Shown here: positions 58,517-64,000 of the stretch, one piece after another
Numbering within the stretch: position 1 is the stretch's first letter
Layout: each line of letters starts with the position of its first letter
Assembly (NCBI GenBank): GCA_026390285.1
Contig: JAPLGH010000046.1
Span: 868 to 64,867, forward strand
Direction of reading: 5' to 3'
DNA length: 64,000 bases
Origin: Caldisericota bacterium
GTDB taxonomy: Bacteria; Caldisericota; Caldisericia; Cryosericales; Cryosericaceae
Notes under the pieces: model-generated
Seen by the model: only the letters and a program-made list of their open reading frames with translations
Database searches by the model: none
What the model was told of the DNA's origin: nothing
Made by a program: the position numbers and the translations under genes

Positions 58517-60620
58517 GTTCATGAGAATATTGGTCTCCATGTCGCTGTCCGGTGCCATCGTGACGGTCGTTCTCCTTGTCATGAAGCCGTTGACCAGAAA
58601 GCACTTGTCACAACGGTGGCAGTATTATGTCTGGCTCCTTGTCGTGCTCCGTCTCCTGCTGCCGCTTGCGCCGACAGTTACTGTGCCGAGCGGAACTCTG
58701 CCTTCCATCTTTACCAGAAGTGCCCCATCTGCTGCCACGTCGGTGCCGACGACAACGACTCCTGTTGATACCGTACCTGGTACGTCGCTACCGACCGGTG
58801 AACCTGCAACGTCCACGGAAACATCACCTAAGACGCTGCCAGTAACTGCAAACGGCAGGACGACCTGGCCAGCGTCCACGCTCCTTCTCCTGATATGGGC
58901 TATCGGCGCGTTAGCAGTCATGATCTGGAACATTGCAGGATACACGCGCTTCAAGAGAACGGTACAGAGAACGATGGTCCGTGTCACCGACGCGCACTTC
59001 CTGGCAATTCTCGAGGACTGTCGGCAGGAAGTCCATGTGCGAGCGACCCCGAGGCTCTACACAAGCGCATCGGTCGCGAGCCCTATCCTCCTTGGCATCC
59101 TTCACCCTGCCATTGTTCTTCCCGACCGCCAGCTGACAGACAACGACCTGCGCTACGCGCTGCTCCATGAACTGACGCATACCCGCCGACAGGATGGATT
59201 TCTCAAATGGATCGCTGCCATTGCGGTCAGCATTCACTGGTTCAATCCGCTTGCATACGTCATGCAGTACGAGTTAAACCACTCTTGCGAACTTTCCTGT
59301 GACGAAACGGTCACCAGGCAGTTTTCCACGGATGACCGCCGTGGATACGGTTCCATGCTCCTTTCGGTCGCATCGACGGTAGGCGCTCCCTCGCCTGCCA
59401 TGTTCTCGGCAATGATTGAGGGCAAGCGAAACCTCAAGGAAAGGTTAGGTATCATCATGTCTTCCAACAAGCAAACGAAACGTACTCCCATTGTGTCCAT
59501 CGTTGCCGTTGTCCTTGTCGCTGTAATCGGTATTCTTGCAGGCTGTACGCCGAAAGTGGTTCCCGCAGAAGGCCCGCAGATCAGCATGATGGTAGAAACC
59601 AATTTCACGTCGTCGGAATACGATGCAGGTTCACTTCTTCTCTGGAACATCGGACAAAACACGCTGCATATCTCTGGCACATCCGTTGTCCACGTGAGCG
59701 AGATCGATTACGGGGGTCTTCCGCTATTCTGGCAACCTGGTTCACCGGTTCGAGTCGTTCAACAGTGGGGCATCCCGAGCAAGAAAGCCCTCATAGCAAC
59801 GACATCTAAGGAGGTAAATCTCCTGACTCCTGCTGAGGGAATGCAGTATTTATCAACCAAAGACGGTTCTATCAGGCGATGGTATACGTCAGAAGGAGAT
59901 GCTTTTGTAAGCGTTCCCCTGGAACTAGACGCTCTGCCAAGTGAAACGCTGGATGGCAAAACTCTTACCATAACGGAGCAAAGCATTTCTTCTGGTTCCA
60001 AGGCGAAAACACTGACTGCCCCTGTCCCCTCCAGCCTGACGCAGATAGTCGTGGTGTATGGAAGTGGGAGCACGGAAAGTGGGTTTGTTGTGGTGGAAGC
60101 ATCTCCGGCCAATGTGCCGAACAATACGCCGGACTCCATCTGGCTTCTCCGCATAAATAGTGGGGTCGGATCCTGGGTAGATTGTGGGAAGCTGTCGGTG
60201 TTGTTTGGGGGCAATATCTTCTCGGATCAAATGCCGAGCTTTGCCAGAGTCGGGCCTCTTCTCTACTTCACCCACAGTTTTGGGAAGATTGGTTGCATCG
60301 ACACAGCAGCCGCTTCACCTTCAATAACCGTGCCAGAGAACATCAATACGCTCCTTGCAAAGCTGCGGGAAAGTGGGCCGAAGAATGCCGAAGGACCAAT
60401 CCAGGCGCAGTTGGCAAACGACAACGGTACGTTGATCATTGAGTATCCCGATGCCAACTGGAACGGTCTGTACTATGCCGTGGATGCGTCTGGAACTGTC
60501 CTTGGAAACTTGCATGTAGAGAAGACTTCGACAACAAGTTTTGACGCGAAGGGCAAGCAGGGCTCCTCAATTCCCACACCAGGGAGTATCTCGTTCCCTT
60601 CCCCCGACCTCTTTCAATAG
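58509..60620 (+). CDS. BlaR1/MecR1-like M56 metallopeptidase with non-penicillin-binding extracellular domain
   Basis: YYVWLLVVLRLLLP, HELTH, HWFNPL, ELSCD, LKERL. Confidence 0.9.
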   Translation: MSEFMRILVSMSLSGAIVTVVLLVMKPLTRKHLSQRWQYYVWLLVVLRLLLPLAPTVTVPSGTLPSIFTRSAPSAATSVPTTTTPVDTVPGTSLPTGEPATSTETSPKTLPVTANGRTTWPASTLLLLIWAIGALAVMIWNIAGYTRFKRTVQRTMVRVTDAHFLAILEDCRQEVHVRATPRLYTSASVASPILLGILHPAIVLPDRQLTDNDLRYALLHELTHTRRQDGFLKWIAAIAVSIHWFNPLAYVMQYELNHSCELSCDETVTRQFSTDDRRGYGSMLLSVASTVGAPSPAMFSAMIEGKRNLKERLGIIMSSNKQTKRTPIVSIVAVVLVAVIGILAGCTPKVVPAEGPQISMMVETNFTSSEYDAGSLLLWNIGQNTLHISGTSVVHVSEIDYGGLPLFWQPGSPVRVVQQWGIPSKKALIATTSKEVNLLTPAEGMQYLSTKDGSIRRWYTSEGDAFVSVPLELDALPSETLDGKTLTITEQSISSGSKAKTLTAPVPSSLTQIVVVYGSGSTESGFVVVEASPANVPNNTPDSIWLLRINSGVGSWVDCGKLSVLFGGNIFSDQMPSFARVGPLLYFTHSFGKIGCIDTAAASPSITVPENINTLLAKLRESGPKNAEGPIQAQLANDNGTLIIEYPDANWNGLYYAVDASGTVLGNLHVEKTSTTSFDAKGKQGSSIPTPGSISFPSPDLFQ

Positions 60621-60715
60621 AATGGTACATAGACATGGCGCGCAACAAAAGACGGTCTTGGTGGCCGGGTTTCGATCCACCAATCTTGTTGAAGGCACAT
60701 GTTGGAGGGGCATGA

Positions 60716-61219
60716 ATGAATACTAACGGACTAGTCAAGTTCATTGTAGTAGTCATAGTGCTGCTTCTCGCCATCTCCGTTGGCGCATACCTGTTGTTTC
60801 GACCATCCACGATGACTCCCCCGAGTGCAGCAGACATCAACGCAATCTATCAGGTTGTGGGAGAATTCGGCGCACGACTCAAAGATGTAGACATCAATGC
60901 GTCCGACCAGGACATCATGACTGCGGTGGACTTCGACTTGAAGCAGTTCATCACTGACCGACTGTATCAGGTGTTCGTGCAGGACAAGATCAGGATTCCA
61001 GGAAGATACGTGTCGAGCCCATGGCCGGAACGTATTGAGATCAACTCCGTACAGATGCTGGATAGCGGGTCCTATGCGGTTCATGGAAGCCAGGTCATGA
61101 TGACGGACGATACCGTCGCTCACGGCGGCAATGCTGGAGAAGAACCCATTACCCTCACACTCAAGAAGGTCAACGGCATATGGTTTATTGACGATGTGAT
61201 AGGGGGGCCGAAAGCATGA
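60716..61219 (+). CDS. Membrane-anchored secreted protein (possibly NTF2-like)
   Basis: N-terminal TM; C-terminal LKKVNGIWFIDDV; GGAGG RBS. Confidence 0.65.
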   Translation: MNTNGLVKFIVVVIVLLLAISVGAYLLFRPSTMTPPSAADINAIYQVVGEFGARLKDVDINASDQDIMTAVDFDLKQFITDRLYQVFVQDKIRIPGRYVSSPWPERIEINSVQMLDSGSYAVHGSQVMMTDDTVAHGGNAGEEPITLTLKKVNGIWFIDDVIGGPKA

Positions 61220-61245
61220 CGAGCGTGCTGTTGGAGGCGCATACT

Positions 61246-62361
61246 ATGAGAACAACGAAATCGCGATCCCGTTCAATAACAGCAACATTTATGAGCATCC
61301 TGCTTTCAGTAGTTCTTGCAGCAACAGGTTGTGCACCGAAAGTTGTTCCAGTGGATGGACCGCAGATCAGCGCATTGATGCTGACCAACGTCACTGCGTC
61401 CGCATACGATACGGTCCCATTCATGTGGAGTGTCCGGCAGAACACACTGCAGAGTGCCGGGACTTCAGTCTTGCATGCAAACAATACAAACGGTGAAGCC
61501 TTGCTGCTCTGGCGCTCCGGTTCGCCTCTGCTTGCTGTTCAGCGATGGGAGCTCATGACGGCAACGTCGAAGGACCTCAGCCTTCTCGTCCCTCCTGTTG
61601 GCATGGAGTCGGCCAGTCGTGTGCGTGCACGATGGTACGTGCAGAAAGAGAATGCGTTTGTCGCCATCGTGGCCCAGAACGGCACAGAGATAACGATCAC
61701 GCAGCAGGGGCTTGCAACCGGTTCCAAGGCGCAGACGCTGGCTGTTCCCGTCCCCTCCGGCCTGCAGCCAGACGTCTTGTACGGCAGTGGCAGCATTGCC
61801 AACGGGTTTGTTCTCTTTGAAGCCCCGCAGGACAAGGCGCCGTTCGTCAAACCATTCTCGCTTTGGCTTCTTCGCATAAGCAATGGGACAACAACCTGGG
61901 TGCGGTGCGGCGACGCCTCTGTGTTTGGTGGAGGTTTCTACTCCGGTGAGGGTCCGAGCTTTGCGCGGGTCGGGTCGCTCCTCTACATCACTCGAAGTCA
62001 TACGAAGATCGGCTACATTGACACAGCAGCTGCGTCCCCATCGCTGACGGTGCCGGAGACACTCAATACGCTTCTCGCCAAGCTCTACAGCGAAGGGCCG
62101 ACTGATGCTGAGTCGCCGCTCATGGCTCACCTGGCAAGCGACAGCGATATACTGATTGTCAAGTATCCCGATATGTACTGGAATTCCGTCTACTATGCCG
62201 TGGACACATCCGGTGCAGTCCTTGGAAGACTTCGCGCTGACAAGACTTCGATTGTGAGCTTCGACGCCAAGGGGCAACAGGGCTTCACGCTCAAGACGGC
62301 TGGATCTCCGGGATACGTCTCGTTCCCTTCAATTGACCTTTTCGAGTCCCCCGTGTCATAG
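61246..62361 (+). CDS. Lipoprotein paralogous to the extracellular domain of the M56 sensor
   Basis: ATGC lipobox; shares PKVVP..GPQIS, WLLRI, PSFARVG.LLY, IDTAAASPS.TVPE..NTLLAKL, SFDAKG.QG, SFPS.DLF. Confidence 0.85.
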   Translation: MRTTKSRSRSITATFMSILLSVVLAATGCAPKVVPVDGPQISALMLTNVTASAYDTVPFMWSVRQNTLQSAGTSVLHANNTNGEALLLWRSGSPLLAVQRWELMTATSKDLSLLVPPVGMESASRVRARWYVQKENAFVAIVAQNGTEITITQQGLATGSKAQTLAVPVPSGLQPDVLYGSGSIANGFVLFEAPQDKAPFVKPFSLWLLRISNGTTTWVRCGDASVFGGGFYSGEGPSFARVGSLLYITRSHTKIGYIDTAAASPSLTVPETLNTLLAKLYSEGPTDAESPLMAHLASDSDILIVKYPDMYWNSVYYAVDTSGAVLGRLRADKTSIVSFDAKGQQGFTLKTAGSPGYVSFPSIDLFESPVS

Positions 62362-62395
62362 GCACTAAGGGCAACGAAAGTTTGTTGGCAACCAT

Positions 62396-62423
62396 CCCCT
62401 GCGGTCTCCCGCAGGGGCTTTTT
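62396..62423 (+). terminator. Rho-independent terminator
   Basis: CCCCTGCGG..CCGCAGGGG + TTTTT. Confidence 0.8.
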
Positions 62424-62857
62424 CATTGCCGGACAATTCCACGAGAACATGTACAGGCGGTGTTGCGACAATCCCAACAGGGTATCCGGAAATTGAACCC
62501 CTCGTTTGGAGAATTGGGCGATACTAGCGACCATGCCAGTCCACAACTAACTTTACTGACGTTCTGCCTTTCTCTCCGAGATTCCCCGGTTAGTTTCCCA
62601 AAACCCCAGTTCTTTTCTAAAAGACCGTGTTCATTTCCAAATTCCCGGATTCTTCGCCGACTCCCTGGATTCGTGATGACACCGCTTTCTAATTGACCTT
62701 TCCGGCGTTTCTGGCCGAAACTGGCTCTCCGCCCGTCATCAACTCAGCTGAATCGTCAGCGGGATGAATGTCGTGTAATCCTGGAAGCCCTACGCAACCA
62801 TGCGGGTTTGCGGACACGGAATTGCACGACTCCAATTGCAGAAACCACCAATCAGTC

Positions 62858-62950
62858 CAACAAATAGAGTCGTGTAATTTGACAATACGTCGTGTAGTTT
62901 GCAATTAGGTCGTGTAATCGGTAAATAGAGTCGTGTAATTGATGATGGCG
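62858..62950 (+). repeat. Four tandem ~21-bp repeats (AAT.GAGTCGTGTAATT), related to the 57341 array
   Basis: GTCGTGTA core four times; last unit ends AATTGATGATGGC, like the last units at 57450 and 57590. Confidence 0.85.
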
Positions 62951-63121
62951 GCGCAGACAGGCTGAGACATCAAAGCACGGCCATTGTGCCCTGAAGTCTA
63001 CTGCCTGAGCGTTTGAGGCGATGACCGCACTCGCGGTCATAGACATTGTCAACGGCATGAGACAAGAACCTGACAGCGTCTGGCGGCAGACCGTTCCGGG
63101 CTGGTAACTGGAGTCGTGCCT

Positions 63122-64000
63122 CTATGGTTCTGAGAGCACCACCTGAGGTCCGGCGGCGTCTGTGAGCAGAATTCCGGCGATGCGCGTTGTGTCCACAATC
63201 CCGACAACACGGTGTGCATCGATATCGACCAGCGCAGTGAGTAGCGTCTGGTTCTCCTGCTGCGGCTTCAGCGGCACAGCAACGATCCGTCGCATCCTCA
63301 CGTAAGTGCTGTCGACATAGAGGTCGAATGGATTATAGGGTGTCGCGTGATAGTCTTCCTTGTATGGTGTCGCCAGCTGATACACGTTCGCAACTTGCAG
63401 TGCGCCATCGGCTGGCGATCCAAGGTGGGCGATAACAGCATCGTACGAAGCGATCGACCTGGCCGCCGCAATATCATGTGTTGTGACGTCAGGAGCGTCA
63501 TCGGGGGTGATAGCAGTAAACCCCTGAGCGAGTTGTGCAGACTTGGATGACGGAGCTACAATACCGACCACCCCCAATCCCGGCAGGATCAGGATGTAGC
63601 CTGTACCATCAGATAATCCGGCACGCAGTAGATCGGTCCCAGGAACGGAACGGACACTGGTCAGCAGACCTCGCGGGTCCCGCGCCGTCACCCTGGCAAG
63701 CAGAGCATGCCACGCTTCAGGAAACTCAGTGGAGGCTGACTGCACCAGACGAGCAGCACTGAGAGGCAACGATTGTGTCTCCTGAACCGCCACAACCATT
63801 GGTTGTGTCCATCGATACCATGTCATCCCGGTGGTAAACACGATCGCGGCGATGCAGACGGCTATGCTCGTCCTGGCAACGACGCGCATCGTGTGACGGC
63901 GCCGATCCAGGCGGCTAACGACACGAACAAGCGATGCTTGTTCCCGGACGGGGTCTGGTTCCGGCTCCCAGTCGGTTGTCTCCAGCAGTCTCTCTATGTC
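63122..64000 (-). CDS. Single-TM protein with anti-sigma-like layout (5' end beyond window)
   Basis: Frame stays open to 64000 (DIERLLETTDWEPEPD...RRHTMRVVAR-TM-extracellular). Confidence 0.55.
   Translation of the reverse strand, partial: DIERLLETTDWEPEPDPVREQASLVRVVSRLDRRRHTMRVVARTSIAVCIAAIVFTTGMTWYRWTQPMVVAVQETQSLPLSAARLVQSASTEFPEAWHALLARVTARDPRGLLTSVRSVPGTDLLRAGLSDGTGYILILPGLGVVGIVAPSSKSAQLAQGFTAITPDDAPDVTTHDIAAARSIASYDAVIAHLGSPADGALQVANVYQLATPYKEDYHATPYNPFDLYVDSTYVRMRRIVAVPLKPQQENQTLLTALVDIDAHRVVGIVDTTRIAGILLTDAAGPQVVLSEP

Larger units (their letters stand above)
57331..62850. mobile_element. Putative non-autonomous transposon-like element carrying a blaI/blaR1-like cassette
   Basis: Left end TGGTGGTTGCGACAATTAGAGTCG; right end (rev-comp) TGGTGGTTTCTGCAATTGGAGTCG; internal ~20-bp repeat array; no transposase. 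Confidence 0.55.

Overview
Chromosomal window of about 60% GC from an anaerobic, amino-acid-fermenting bacterium. Gene content is Caldisericota/Firmicutes-like, but this is an impression only. In order, it holds: a four-subunit dye-linked proline dehydrogenase-like operon divergent from a LIV-type ABC transporter; a tungsten-family aldehyde:ferredoxin oxidoreductase (AOR); a low-GC insert bracketed by a diverged duplication of the AOR and permease 3' ends; a ~13-kb ars-like island (DUF318 permeases, arsE/F/G-like genes, arsR-arsD-split arsA, and no arsB/acr3/arsC); hypD with its activase; glutamine synthetase; mscL; two Trk/Ktr K+ systems; and many deletion-eroded pseudogenes. The most unusual part is 57.3-63.0 kb. 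A ~5.5-kb transposase-less segment there is bounded by inverted ends (TGGTGGTT...AACCACCA) and arrays of ~20-bp GAC-N-GTCG repeats. It carries a BlaI repressor, a BlaR1-like M56 sensor with a non-penicillin-binding extracellular domain, and a stand-alone lipoprotein copy of that same domain. All calls come from reading motifs by eye; no searches were run.
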